A stretch of 64,000 nt of DNA from Podarcis liolepis (Eukaryota), in NCBI GenBank assembly GCA_965112155.1, contig OZ218101.1; one strand, written 5' to 3'. The notes beneath the pieces were generated by a model. It had not been told where the DNA came from and ran no database searches. It saw only the letters and a program-made list of their open reading frames with translations. A program made the position numbers and the translations under genes. Position 1 is the stretch's first letter. Each line of letters opens with the position of its first letter. This document shows positions 11,946-25,880 of this stretch, in pieces.

Positions 11946-12255
11946 AAGGTAAGGGTACCCCTGACCTTTAGGTCCAGTCGCGGACGACTCTGGGGTTGCG
12001 GTGCTCATCTCGCTCTATAGGCTGAGGGAGCCGGCATTTGTCCGCAGACAGCTTCCTGGTCATGTGGCCAGCATGACTAAGCCGCTTCTGGCGAACCAGA
12101 GCAGCACACAGAAATGACGTTTATCTTCCCGCCAGAGTGGTACCTATTTATCTACTTGCACTTTGTTGTGCTTTCGAACTGCTAGGTGGGCAGGAGCTGA
12201 CTGATCGCCAAGCCCTAGGCTCTGTGGTTTAGACCACAGTGCCACCCGCGTCCCT
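11946..12255 (-). mobile_element. Sauria SINE (Squam1) with internal deletion
   Basis: 13-bp TSD tgaagaacattta (11933-11945, 12256-12268); head gggacgcgggtggc; ACCTTT-type tail; lacks ~50 bp present in the 33571 copy. Confidence 0.92.
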
Positions 12256-12604
12256 TGAAGAACATTTATGCCCCCAATAAAGCAAGAGTGCCTCAGATTT
12301 TCTGAAAGCTACAGTATAAAGGTTTCTACCCAACTAGGGTGGCTCTTTGAGAACCATAGCAGAACAAAACAAAACAAAACAGGAGTGCTTCTTCTGATTT
12401 TGAGCCTTTTCATTATAAATAAATATTCTCTTGTATATTAATAAAACTGGATGGAGAAGAAAAGTCAAAGGTAAATAAAGATTGATAAAAGTCCAGAGTC
12501 TGGTATGTAAGGATGGATATGGTCTGTACAAATGTAATGAATTGACACATTTCCTTTCTCTTAGTCCCCATCTTACTATTAAAGCAGGCAAGCAGAGCAC
12601 CTGA

Positions 12605-12605
<1 letters not shown>

Positions 12606-12656
<51 letters not shown>
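12606..12656 (+). repeat. (TC)n microsatellite
   Basis: About 25 TC units. Confidence 0.98.
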
Positions 12657-12658
<2 letters not shown>

Positions 12659-15109
12659 ATCTCTCACTCACAGAGCTTAAATCCCTTCTCCTTGCAGCCT
12701 GCATGAAGACCTTGAGGTTACTTGGTTACTGTATCTCATCAGCAACTCCAGCATGCCAACCAGACCAAGCAGAGTTGGTTATTTCAACACAAGTGCCAAA
12801 ATAAAACTGTCTCTCAAAACATATCCTTGACAGAGCACAGTTAATTGTTCATCAAACTTGCTTCACTGGTCACTGGGCACAAAGTGGCTTTCCTCTGGAT
12901 ATTTTTGGAGGCTCCAGATCTCTGTTAATTGGCTAAATATGAGGTGTTGACTGAGCCATCTGTCACAGGTCATCTGAGGTCTCTCACAATTCAAAGGTGA
13001 TAATAATCTATGTTTTAAAATCTATGGGCCTGCACTGGGGGAGGGATACTAGATACAGCTGGGGCTTTCTTTGTTGCCTTTTTTTCTCCTGCTGCAGCTC
13101 TGTCACCCTGAAGAGACTGAACATATGCTTTTCAGTTTGAAAAGCAGTTCAACTTTTCAGCAACAACAAGAAAACTACACATGTGAGCTCCTTCTCCTAG
13201 AATGTGCATATAATTTCTTTGGACACTGAGCCAAGTGTCATATTTAAAATGCTATTTAAAAGGTTGTTATGAAAAAAAAGGAGAACAGATCATACCACAC
13301 ACACACACTCTTTCTGTTGTAGTTCTTTATTATGCCTAGTGCCTGTATTAAAGTACATAAAATACAAATGAAACGTAGGCCAGTACTGACTTGCAACAAT
13401 CAATACACAATGGGGCTTACATACTGACCCTATGCTCTATGGATTTCATATCACAGCTGATTTATGCTTAGTACTACAAGACATTCTGCTCTAAAGTTGT
13501 TCTCCGTTGTTTTAAGATTTAGTATCTCAGCACCTGACTCTCAGGAGATTTAGTCCCCCCCCCCCCAATAGCAAAGAGTTCAATAATTTTGCATAGAAAT
13601 GGCTATGGGCAACTTTTCATTCATTCTTCTAGGTTCTAATTTCAATGCTCTGACTTCCTATTTGTGCTCACAGTGATGTGATGACAAACTGGGATTATTG
13701 CTTCCCTAGACTTTCCTTTTGATATTACATCTGTGAAAAAGATGGGGGTGAAGAACAGCTAAATACTGTTTGGAGGAGACATAAATGTGAGCCAGTTGCC
13801 ACATAGCATCATTGGTGCAGTGATTATCAAACTTTGGTAAAACTGTGATAACTGTCATATGGGCATGACAACAGTTTTTAAGTAAGGCTCTGTACATACC
13901 AGATATTTAAAGCACATTCAAAGCCTATCCCCCCCATGGACACTAATGTTTACTTATTATGCTCTGCTAGGTTTTTCTTCAGCGAGGAAGTTTATAAAGG
14001 ACCTTCATTATCACCCAAATTTTAAAACATTGTTCTAAAAAACATTATTTTGCAAATACTGCCTGTACATACGTTTGCATACACCAGCAAGCCACAAGCT
14101 AAATGCATCTGTAAAGAACACTGATGTAATTTGTATGTCAAGTACAGCAGTCTGTTAGAGGCACATCAAGTCTCATGCTCATGCTATACGCCACTGAAAA
14201 GCATATTGGTTCACTGTGTTGTTGTTGTTGTTTTAAAAAAATAAACTGCAGTACAAGTACCACAGAACACAATTTGTTCCTTCAAATCATCCTAGTTTCC
14301 CGAACTCAAACCTCATATATTGCTGTATAACTAAATTGTTGTCAAGATGATATAAAAATTAGACCTTATCTTTGATTTTCATTGTGCTGCAGACATGCAC
14401 TGAAATTTCTAGACAGCCTTATAAAAATAAATCAAGGTTAGCCGCATAACCCTACAGGCTTCAATTTGCTCATATTTTTTAATGAAGCAGCATCATAGTA
14501 TGCTTCTGCAGCTCAGAGTTTATCTAATGTGACACCTGCCACCTTGTTTCTGTCAAAGGTGGTATAGAAGTTTGCTGCAGCTTCCCCCTCCGACTTTCTG
14601 GTCTCGATCCACAGGTCTTCAAACACTGCACTGGGCTATTGGATATTACCATCTTCATGCAGGCACCTGCAGAACAGATGGTTGCTGTGTTGCTGGGACA
14701 ATGTCAATCATCCGTTGAGGGTAGAGAGGAAAGGGGCCACTGATATTCATGGACTCTAGCTCTGAAAATTCAACGTTTTAAAGTAAGACTGAATCCAGCA
14801 AGTGCAGCTGTGTACAGCACCTCTGGTAGTGGGTGCGAGGAATTTTAACTCCACACAGCAGCCTTTTGAACACAGAGGGTTTGAATTGAGAAAAGCAGAG
14901 TATATACCCAGGGTGGCTAGTCTGCAGGCTAGATACAGACCACCAAGACATTAGAAATGGCCTGTCAGACCCCACAACTTCTGTTCCTTCTCTGCTAGGG
15001 GGATAAAATGCTCTGCCTACTTTAGAGTTCTCAAAAATTAGCATTAAGCATCCAAGAGCACTAAGATAGGAGATGAAGCCTTCTGCCTACTTTTTAAGAC
15101 CATTGCCAC

Positions 15110-16080
15110 CACGACCACCACCACCAATTAAACGCGTATACCTCCCTTTACCCAAAGATCACAGGGTGATTCACAACATAAAAATACAGAATGAGAACAC
15201 TATACAGTAAAACAACAAAAACAAACCAATAAACCCCTTCCCACAAACACATTTAAAAGGGCATAGAATGTTAATCAGTCAAAGGTCTGGCTATAGAAAA
15301 GTGTTTTGCCCAGTGCCCAAAGATATGTAGTGAAGGGGCCAGGAAAGTCTCTCTGGGGAGAGCATTCTACAAACAGGGAGACACTGCAGAAAAGACCCAT
15401 TCTGTATTCTGTGGTACTGGTGAAGGAGGAACACAAAGGAGGGCCTTAGATGATGATCACGGGATTCATATGGAGAGAGGTATTGTGGTCCTTAGCTATT
15501 TAAGGTTTTATATGTCAAAACAGCACTTTGAATTGGGTCCAGAAACTAATTGGCAGTCAGTGCAGTTGGGCCAAGATTGGTGCAATATGTTCAAACCATC
15601 TTGCCCTGGTGAGCAACCTGGATGCTGAATTCTGCACCAGCTGAAGGCTCCAGACCATCCTCAGAGGCAGCCCAATGTAGAACACATTGCAATAATCTAA
15701 CCTAGAGATTACCAGAGCATAGATGGCAGAAGTTATGCTATCCCTCCTCAGATAAGGGCACAACTGGACCACCAGCCAAAGCTGATGGAAGCCCCTCCGT
15801 GCCACCGAAGCCACCTGAGCTTCAGTGACAGCAAAGGAGTCAGAAGTAGCCCCAAGCACTGTACTTGCTCCTTCAGAGGCAGTGTAACCCCATCAAGAGC
15901 AGGCCACCTTCTATCCATCCAGTCTAGAGGACCACCCACTAGCAGTTGCTCCATCTTATCTCTGTTGAACTTCAGTTTATTGCCCAGTCCATTGCTGAGG
16001 CAAGACGATGGTCCTGCACATCCACTGCCACACCTGCAGATGTAGAGGAGAAGTAGAGTTGTGTGTCACCAGTATGTTTT
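15110..16080 (-). mobile_element. L2 LINE, 5'-truncated (RT C-terminal half plus 3' UTR)
   Basis: GDTQLYFS (from YADDTQLY), LDGVTLPLKEQVQCLGLLL, ALVISRLDYCNVFYIGLP..LQLVQNSASRLLT..HIAPILAQLH. Confidence 0.92.
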
Positions 16081-16294
16081 GTAGCTGGAGTCAGTAAGGT
16101 GGGAAAGGCCTGCAAGGAGGGAGCAGCACCCTGCCCTGGATTCACAGACAATGCAGCGTTTCCACCTACCATACCCCAGAACTGGACTGGGGGGCTGGGG
16201 GAAATGTTAATATTTTGTTAGCCCGTTTTTGTAACTGAGTGAGCATTTAATACTACCAAATTATGCTCACGGCAACAACAAAAACCTGGTACAT

Positions 16295-16530
16295 GAGTGT
16301 AAGAAGAGCCTTGCTGGATCAGGCCAAAGGCCCATCTGGTTTGGCACTCAGTTTTCATAGTGGCCAATCAGATGTCCATGGGAAGCCTGCCAGAAGAATC
16401 TGAGCAAAGTAGAATCCTTGTCATTACCAGCAACTGGCATTCAGAGACAGACTTACTGCTCTTACAGTGAAGGTAGAATTGTGGCACGGAGCCATTGATA
16501 GCTTTAGTGTCCATGAATTTGTCTGATTCA
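16295..16530 (-). mobile_element. CR1-type 3' end fragment (related copies ~9095-9180 +, ~18980-19150 -, ~30145-30360 -)
   Basis: Shared motif taagaagagcc.tgctggatcaggccaaaggcccatct.gt. Confidence 0.55.
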
Positions 16531-16661
16531 CTGGTCTTCAGCTGGTGGCTTGGGACCAGTCTGATCCAAGGTGTGTTGCAACAGGAGCACTACCACCATG
16601 CAAATATTTGGTAAAAGATTAAGAAATGCGTCCCCAAATGCACCCTAAAAGTAGGGTCTGA

Positions 16662-17331
16662 AGAGGGATCTTTGTATCATGCCTAGTGGGAATGTGATAA
16701 AATTATTTTTTGGGGGGGAAATATACATGAGGAATTGAAAAGAACGTTCAGAATAACAATTGGTAAAAAGCCAGAAGCATTCCTTTTAGGAATCATAACA
16801 AATGACATCCCCAAAGACATGAAGAGAATTTTTCTATATGCAATAGCCGCCGCTAGGTTATTCGTTGCTAAAAATTGGAAATCAGAAGAAATACGATCAG
16901 TAGCAGATTGGCAACATAATTTTTTTGAAATGATTGAATTAGCAAAAATGACAGCAACAATTAGAATGCAATCTGAGCAAAATCTCAAACAGGAATGGAA
17001 GTATGTAGATGAATACATGATTAAAAGATACTCCAACAAAAATTTATTGACATGTATAGATTGATCTCACAAAGTGAATTTAAATAGATATACAAGAATG
17101 TATGTTTAATTATTAAGATACAAGAATACAATCACAATAATAAAGTTATAAAATAAAAATCACGCACGGGTGGAGGGAAGACATAGGGTAAGACAAGAAG
17201 TAAGAAAGAAATGACTAAATGTTGATACATAATGAAATGAAAAATGTGAATTTACAAGTCTAATGTATATGTAATATTATGTAAACATTTTGTATATGTA
17301 TTGAGATATAAACAAACAAACAAACAAACAA
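16662..17331 (+). mobile_element. L1-clade LINE 3' fragment (ORF2 C-terminus, 3' UTR, (AAAC)n tail)
   Basis: 15-bp TSD aaaagtagggtctga (16647-16661, 17332-17346); GSLYHA*WEC...KKPEAFLLG...AARLFVAKNWK...W..VDEYM; T|AAAA target site. Confidence 0.9.
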
Positions 17332-17479
17332 AAAAGTAGGGTCTGAGAAGGTAGAAGATACTGGGGCTCCTATTTTAAAGGTATCCATTTGGTAGCCATC
17401 ACTACTTCTTGTAAAACGAATTCTATTGTTTAGCAACGCACTGTGTGAAGAAGTGCTACAGTCCTGAATCTTGTATCCC

Positions 17480-17940
17480 AATCTTTTAAGAGATTGTTTC
17501 CTTCTTCCTCAGAATTACAGCCTCCTTCCCTGAAGCCCTCCTTCACCAAGACAGTAGGGGAGCTGTCCTCCTGGGATCAGGACACAGCTATGACATCTCC
17601 AAAGGCCTCACCCACCAACCTCTCTACCTCTTTCATTGTTCTCCAGATTAGACACTTTGGCCTTAAGGGAACACATTCTCTGAGGGCCTGGTGCTCATCG
17701 ACTTCCATCCTGCAGATAGATACATGTGACATACTGTGCAATACACTGAATAGTCTTCCTACCCCTATGGCTTTCTAACTGCATGCCAATTTTCGTAGTT
17801 CATTGAGTTATTTCTCTGAGGGCGAGAACAGCCCGCCCTGCTGGACTCACTTGCCAGTTTAACTCATACACTAGCTTGATGCTCTGTCAGTGTGGCCCCT
17901 TCTAGCTACTGGGCTACTTTCTGGACTGTTCTAAATTTAC
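17480..17940 (-). mobile_element. CR1 5' region / ORF1 N-terminus remnant
   Basis: Minus strand YSVYCTVCHMY (CxxC), then frameshifted ...KEVERLVGEAFGDVIA...SEEEGN, resembling squamate CR1 ORF1. Confidence 0.55.
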
Positions 17941-20900
17941 AGTACATGCCTGGCTAATTAATGCAGCCAATGAGATCAAGCACAGTGGCTCAAATTCCAG
18001 GGAGTAGGAATTTGAAAAGGGGCTCTATTTAGGTCAGTATAGAGCTAAGAAGTAGCCCTTGAGCTATAAGTTAGTACAGGATTTAGCTCCTAGTACACAG
18101 CGTCCTTACTATGCCCGTATTCTCTTTATAACACAACCGTCATGTTCAGTTACTTTATATATTTAGATCTTTTGTATCCTGTTTTTTGTACAAAAAATAA
18201 ACAAGCAAGACAGCACGAAATACAGTCAGAAGATAAAAGCTCACTCCATATATTGCAGAGAAGAAAAATGGCAAGCTACAAAGATACGTTTCTACATCTA
18301 TTTGTCTATCTTCATTCTGTGAGACCAAGACTCCATTTGCAATGAAGTTCAGTATTTCATTCCTCTTTTTTCCAATGTAATTTTTTTTAAAAGAAAGGTA
18401 TGAAATATATCCTGATCAGATGCTAGGTCTAAATAAACAATCACCCACATTTCTGAGTCATGTGCACCTCCCCATCTCCCATATACCACAATTTTCCTGA
18501 TCTATGGTGGTATGGAATGCTTCCCAGATGTGATTCTCTGTATGAGAAAATGTTGTTCTATCCCATCAATTAAACCTTGCTGGAAGGAAACACATACTTT
18601 TCCCCAGTGCTGGGTATAGAGAGAACATTTCTGCATCTGCAGGCAGTATTATAAAGCTGGCACTACTATGAAAAAGCCAGCAGTTTGCTTTCACCTTTAG
18701 CATCAAGTGTGTATCTCTGCTATTAACCTGACCTCTGCTAGCTCAAGAAGTTAATTCCACATTTGCTTCCAGAAGTTATAGTAACATACTGTGCCGATGT
18801 CATGCTGCTAAGGTGGCCACATTAGGATGTTAAAAAAATGTGCTCTGAAAGTAAGTTGCATTGTACTATTATGAAGTTTTTTTGGTACTTGAAACATGCC
18901 AGCATTACTGCACACAATCTACCCCCATTATAAGATTCCTTGTTAAAGAAACTGAAAATTTGTTGCTACAAATTGTTACAAAAGCTCATTTAGTCCAGCA
19001 TCCTGTTCTCACAGTGGCCAACCAGATCCCTCTCGTAAGCTCAGGATCTGATTGCTCTGCTCACTTAGGATTCTGAATTGCTGATATTCAGAGACATACT
19101 GCCTCCAACAGTACTGGTCGCCATCATGGCTAGTAACCACCGAGAGCTTTATATTATTGTCTCACGCCTGGAACATCATCTTTATTTCCCTGTGTAAGAA
19201 ACGCTAGCAGTGGTTCTACTGAATGCATATAGTTCTAATGCACATATATGAACAAGATCTTTCCCATTCTCTTCCCTGGTAGAATTACAGACCAATCCTA
19301 TGCATTTATGCTCAGAATGACATCCCATTGACTTCAAGTAGGATCATTCTCTAGTTAGAATCCCTCCTCCCACACCTGTAATTAATTAAAGGAAAATTAG
19401 GCACTTAGTCACATTCCACACATTTAAGTGAACATCAGTTTTGGCTCTCAGAGATGGCTGCGTCCACAAAGCTGACGTCTGCCCTTCAACCTATATCTCA
19501 GCAGTTTTCAATGCTATTTTCCTTGAATACTTTTCAAGGTAATTATTTCTGAGAGTTAGAAGGCAAGGCCAAAAACTGTCAGTTCTAACTTATTTAGATG
19601 ACAGTAAAGTTCTTCCGAATCAACAACATCATCATAAAAAAAATGGTGCAGGGAATAGTAATAAATATCCTTCCACATATGAAAATGTTATCCTATAGGC
19701 GCATGAAACCAGTGAGAGTGCCCATACATGAAAAACCAGAACAATTAAGGTACAGTGATATATTGTTGTTATACCTCAGTTATTTGGATTTCTCACAATT
19801 TCTTGAGGCTTCCCTTATCGTTGTTGTTGTTGTTGTTTTTATAAAGTAAGGATGTCCACTTGGCATCCTGTGGACCAAATTGTCCTCCAAAGCCATGTTT
19901 TCTGGCTGCCAACTAGCTATCAAATTTTAGTCAAGATGAAATTGCTCAGTCATAAGTAAAATTATTATTATTTCTATAAGAAAATGACCTACACATGGAT
20001 TATACTGTATGTGAGAAACATTGCACATTTTAATGGATTCAGTCCCAGACTTGCTTATGCTTAGAGTAGATCCATATAAATTAGTAACCTAGGGCTTACA
20101 TCCATAATTGGGTTTTCTATGCTAATCCTGAGCTCAGTTACTGTGAAACTCTTGCTCCTACTACCTAAACTCTGGTGAAATATTTTGTCTGTTCTTCTGG
20201 CAAAATTCTGCTCTGATCCCTGGACCATTGTGTAGTTAACTGAACAGTCCCTAATGTTACAGAAATTGGCCATCCCATTGGCTATCCTTGTTCTTTCATT
20301 TTGCCTTTGAAAACTGAACCTGATACAAAATCCCTTGCTTTATATCAGCTGTGCTATGTTGTTTTTCTTTGGCTTTAAATAATTGCCATTTTAATTTTCT
20401 AAACTGTTCTAATGGTTTCATGAACAGTGGCCTAAAAATACTGTAAAATAAATAATAGAACACTACCATCCTCATCAGTGTTTGCTACAGGATCACAGCC
20501 CAGGAACCAGGGCACAATCATTAATAGAACCTTCTTACTTCCTTTGTAGCCCCATCTTGAACTTCCAATGACTTGACATTGGGTGATTGACAGGTGGGTA
20601 TCGAGGATTCACTACTGACTCTAGCCCTTTGGCCAGATCCATTTCTCCACTCCTTACCTAAAGTGAGAAAAAAATATCCCCAATAAAAAAGTAAGTGCTC
20701 ATTTCCTGATCTATAAGAACCGGAGTTTGATGAGCTCCATAAGATCTTTCTTAATAAAAGCGCATCTCAGGGTTTTATATAGATTGCTTTTTCTTTGTAG
20801 TTACCATATGCAATCCTTACCTAAGGAAAAAAATGTTTTCTCTTCCTTCTTGGCCCAGAGGAAATGAAAAAGCAAACTTTCAGCTACTTTCTGTTAATTG

Positions 20901-23900
20901 ACTTTTATTAGGCTCCAGTGGGTCCAGCTGTCACTAATTATAAAAGTTGCAGGTTGTGCAATAATCAGTGACCAAGAAATGAGTCAGAATGGGTATCCCA
21001 CTATATACATGTTTATATTTAGGTTTTCTAAAGTAGCAGCATGAAACTTAGAAAAGTAAGTGATAGACTGCACATGCTTTGAAACTGGAGAAATTCTTGT
21101 TCCTAATTTATTTCTTCTAAGTAATCTTGCTCCCACGCATTACAGACTATTTCCCACCCAAAACATTTCTGTCCTTCAGAGAATGGTTCTGATTTTTGAG
21201 AGTGAATTAGGTCCACTTTTCCAAAAACCGAATCACTTATTGCAGTCAGTGGTATTGGCCTGGGTTGTGCTCCTCATGTCTCTCTCCCAATGCAAGTCAT
21301 CAATCAGGATGACCAAACCCATTTCGGTACTGAGTCCAGGTCTAAAGCAGATTGAAATGGGTTGAGATGGGTACAGGCTAGTAACCTTTCTTGTAAGGCA
21401 AATGTTGCTAAACATTTCTGACCTCATTTGAAAGGATGTTTGGAATTATTGAAGTAAAGTAACCCCAACTTTTGGCAAACAAAGAATCCTTTTGCAATTT
21501 CACTCCTATAGTACTTATATATCAAATGATGGCCAGATAAATAACAGTTGAAATTATTTTAAAGCAGCAGTTCTTCTGGGGTGTTTGTCTTTGATTACCC
21601 TCAGAATTAACAAGTTAGCAAAATGAAGTGGCCAACTTGTTAATTTTGGTGAAAATGACAAACCCAGCCCATTTTTTTCTTTGTGGGGTGGGGTGAGCCA
21701 TACCCCTCAATTTTAAGAACACCAAAAGTTTTTCCCCAGGCTCAAGTTAATTGCTGTTCATGACAGTGCCTCCCCACCTGTATGAAATTTGCTGAAATTC
21801 TGTTTGAAAAGAAAAATGTTCTGAAATGTTGGGCAAGTTACTTCCTTTGGTCAAAATTAAACATTGGCAAATGTTACCATGGATTTTTATATATGTATAA
21901 AAAGAGCTGTAACCTTTCACAAGCAAACAGATGGCAGAAGTATATTTTTTAAAAATGAAGGCATGTGCAGTTAAGGTTAATTCATTCTGACAAGCTGCAT
22001 GGGAAGGATTTGGCCATTCTGGTTTCTCCTCTCATATTTGTATTAGGGATCTTGCAATACCTTGCTATCAAAATATTGGGCCTTTTGTAAGCAGGGGCCT
22101 CCTGCTATGCATGCCTGCACAACAATCTGTTCTTCAAAATGCAACCAAGAACATGTTTCTTGTTAGGTATGAGCAAAGCGTGGCAAGGTGTAGAGTGAAT
22201 ATGTCAAGTTGTGAAGTTGTAATGCATATCCTGAAAGTCAGGACCAATAAAGGCAGACTGTCTTTCTAACATGCTGTTGTGCTGTAGGAGTGTCAAAAGC
22301 TACTGAGATATCTAATAAAAGAAGACAGGGTGTTTCCTAGGCAAAGAGATGAGTCTAATTAAATTGTCAGATAACGCAAGTTTGTAGTGTGTGAAGAAGA
22401 TTGTTGTGCAAGAGTATATCTGCATAATATAGACATTGCCTAAGCCTTATTAGAGATAAATCCTTAATGTTGGTACATTATGTTGATTTGCTCCCAAATG
22501 AATAAGCAATTTACACTACATGTTAAATGATGGCTTCACAATAAAGTTCCTTGAACAGATAAAGGTCTTTCTCTTACCTGAAGGCAATGTTGGAGAGATA
22601 GATTTGAAAGAGAGATCCTTGCTCTCTTGTAGCCAAGTTAAGCACAGTGATGATTGCCCCAAGCACATTACAACTTGGTTAGATTGATATCTGCCCACAT
22701 TCACCTTTAAATAAATGTTCTCCACAAAAATACCTAGGCTAGAACAAATCACAAAGGAAGATTTTAGTCAGAGAGTTTCAGAAGTTACAGCAAGCAAGTC
22801 TTTATCCACTGGAAGAAAAATGGTTCCAAATGATTTGAAAAGGACAAGAACTTGGTTTCCTTACAAAAAGGATCATGCAGCCTTGCAGTTAGTAAAGATG
22901 CAGGCTATACAATCGCCCTCTTGGAAAGATTCAGTTCACTTAGTTTTTCTTGCCATTGGGGGCCATAGCCTCATGGCTTCTTGCTTGTTTCAGGAAGCAT
23001 GGAGAGAAGAAAGGGGTGGGGGTAAGCCTGCTGAGACCCTATAAGCCACACCCACACTGTCAACTTGAGCTCAGGGCTTAGGTTAACCCTTTCATGCACA
23101 CAAGTGTGAGTCAGTAACTGTATACTACAACAGGCAAATCCCTCTATCAAGTTCAATGGGTGTAAAACAGTGGAATTTTTAACCACTACATGGTCTGCTA
23201 CTTTAATACTCAACTCTTTCTGCCCATCTGCTCTCTCACCTTTGGTTCCACATCACAGGTAATTTAAGTGATTCCATGACCCCAGGATTTTAATTATAGT
23301 TGGGTGAAGCAGTACAATTTATACTGTACAATTCCTATGAAAAGGAGTCAGGAAATGGTTCAGTCACTCATCTGTCCCAGACTTTGGATTTCAGCTGCCT
23401 CTCTTCTTATGTACCTTCTGTGCTGGGCTGTCTACCTTCACATAGGCCTTGTTTTTACCTATCTTGTTGTGGAAGACTCTAGCATTGGTATTTCTTTTAC
23501 AAAAGAGGCTGAGACACAGAGTCAGCTAAAGCAGAGCAAATAAATTCAGCTTAGTTCCCTAACTACTAACTTTCTTCTTGATCTGATGGAGATTGCCCAA
23601 AATAGGGTGAAATTGTTCCATAATTAAGAGAACCCTCAATATCTCCATTATTTCTCCCCTCTTCTCTCAGAAGCTGAAGACCAAACTGTCCAGTCCCTTT
23701 TATCCACATGGCACTTCAGTGGTTTTATTATGATGCAGAATTCTCCCCAGAATTTCATTCTGTAAGGAGTCAAGTTAGCCATTTGACCTGAAAGCCCATC
23801 TTCAGAATTCCCAGTGTGTGGGGCTGATTCTGTTTATGTAATGAAAACACTTTGCACACATATAAAGGCTGTTTCTCCTCATTACCCATTTCAGAACTGA

Positions 23901-25569
23901 GCCACGATCCTAAACTAAGTTTCTGGGACTTGTCAGTCCTGAACCTGTTTTTTGGGGGGAACCATTTGTGGGATTAAAACGTCCGTTTGTGTTACTGCAC
24001 TGTCAGCTCTTGGTTGTGTTGAACTGCTGAAACAAATGGATGTCTCCATGTGTCTGTTTGTGCATGTGTTTGGGCATATTTTTGTGTGAAGCGAGAACAA
24101 GGGATGGCATTTTAGTAATACCAGACACCAGCCCTATAAATCACCACTAATCTGTTTTATCCTTTTGGGCAGAGATAATAGAGGCCTGCTGCCAAACCTT
24201 CCAGCTTCTTTCAGGACCAGCATCTGGCTTGTTGGCGTGTCCCTTACAATTATGATGTATGACTTGCCAGGACCTTTGCCTGCAATTTCGTTTGTGGATG
24301 GAACAAACGGACATTAAACAGGAACATTATTGATTTTTGCTTGGGCCCAGTAGTCCTGCCATCACAGGTGTTCTGGTTCCCAGTGTAAACACAGAGAGGC
24401 GAGCTTGTGCTTCATAGAAGCGTTGCTCCTTTCTTTCAGCTCTTTGATATAAGCAGCAGGCTGTCTCTACTCATCTTCACATGGGGCTTTGTAGGTTCTC
24501 AAAAGGACATCGTCATCTCTTGGGATTCTATTCACTGCAACGGGTGCAAGTTCATGACGTATTGATGGCTCTTAATAACTGATTCACACAAACAATTCTG
24601 TTTTTCAATTTTTAACTTTGTATAAGAATGTGGACAGAAATAAACACATTTGTTCTTTGATAATAATGAGCTATAAAGTCAATTACAAGCAGAACAATGA
24701 TAAAGGACAACCATAAGTTCTTACAGTTACCTTGCCAATGGAAGTATTGAGTGGTTATTAACTTTTATTTACTTCTTTGAATCATTAAACTAAATGGTCT
24801 GTTTGGATATATGGTAGCTCTTTTACAATAGTTAATATGTCCAATTTACCCTAAACTTGTCCCATTTCTGCTGTCCTTTGTGCTTTTAACTATAGTGTGG
24901 AAATTTGGCCATAGGAAAGCATTTTAATTAATAATAATAATAATAACAACAAATATGCCACCCATCTAACTGGGTTACCCCAACCACTCTGGGTGGCTTC
25001 CAACAAATTAAAACACAGTAATACATCATCATAATATCCAGGATGACATTTTGTGTCACCACAAACTATCTGAATGCCCTAGTTCCTCATTTAGGTTGTA
25101 GCCTTATGCACACTTACCTTGGAGAAAGCTCCATTGAACAAAGTGGGTCTGTGAATAAACATGCCTAGGATTTTACTGAGAGTTGCTTACACATGGACAT
25201 GGATCTCAGCAGGTGTTCATGCAATGATTTCAAAGAGATGCACAACTGTCGCACATGTGCAGACACATTAAGATTTATGGTATATGGACGCCAGAGCACG
25301 TAGGGAACTAGAACACATGTAGAGCTACAGTAACCATGTCCACATTTCTAGCTTTGTTCTAGAATCATAGTTCAGCTAGCAAATCCAATTATGGAGAAAC
25401 ATGGGTGTGTGTGTTATGAACACCTATTTTGTTTCTTAACTGTTTCCTCTGACCACTATCAGAGAGAGAACACTGTCACAATGTTCTACTGAAACCATTG
25501 GCGCTCACTAGTAAGTAGCCTTCAAGGCCTCATTTGAATGGTCTGAGGCTCAGTCTACACATGAAGACA

Positions 25570-25810
25570 GCATTCAACTAAATAATCAAGCCAGCAGTAT
25601 GACTTCTGCTTGTGCAATGGGACTTTCCTCCTCCCTTCCCCCTATGCATGTTCTGCACCATTCTCAAATCTGCTCTGAAGGGTTGGAGAATACCTAGCAC
25701 AACTTTAGGGGTGCACAGGGGAAGGAGAGGAGGAAGGTCCTAATCCAATGCACTAGCGACAATCTTTGTGCTGAGGGGACCCTGACTCAGCACTACATTG
25801 AATACAACCC
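25570..25810. mobile_element. Decayed palindromic MITE (relatives at ~44420-44560 and ~51710-51820)
   Basis: Inverted arms ggactttcctcctcccttcccc / ggggaaggagaggaggaaggtcc; ends attcaa / ttgaat. Confidence 0.45.
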
Positions 25811-25880
25811 TTATATTCTTAAATTATTATCATTTTCCAGCTACCTGTAATGCAATTGGGTAGCTCGGAAAGGGGGCCAC

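Noticed and set aside
21060-21430. Overlapping ORFs that might be an exon or RT relic
   Set aside because: No recognisable motif and no convincing splice-site pair
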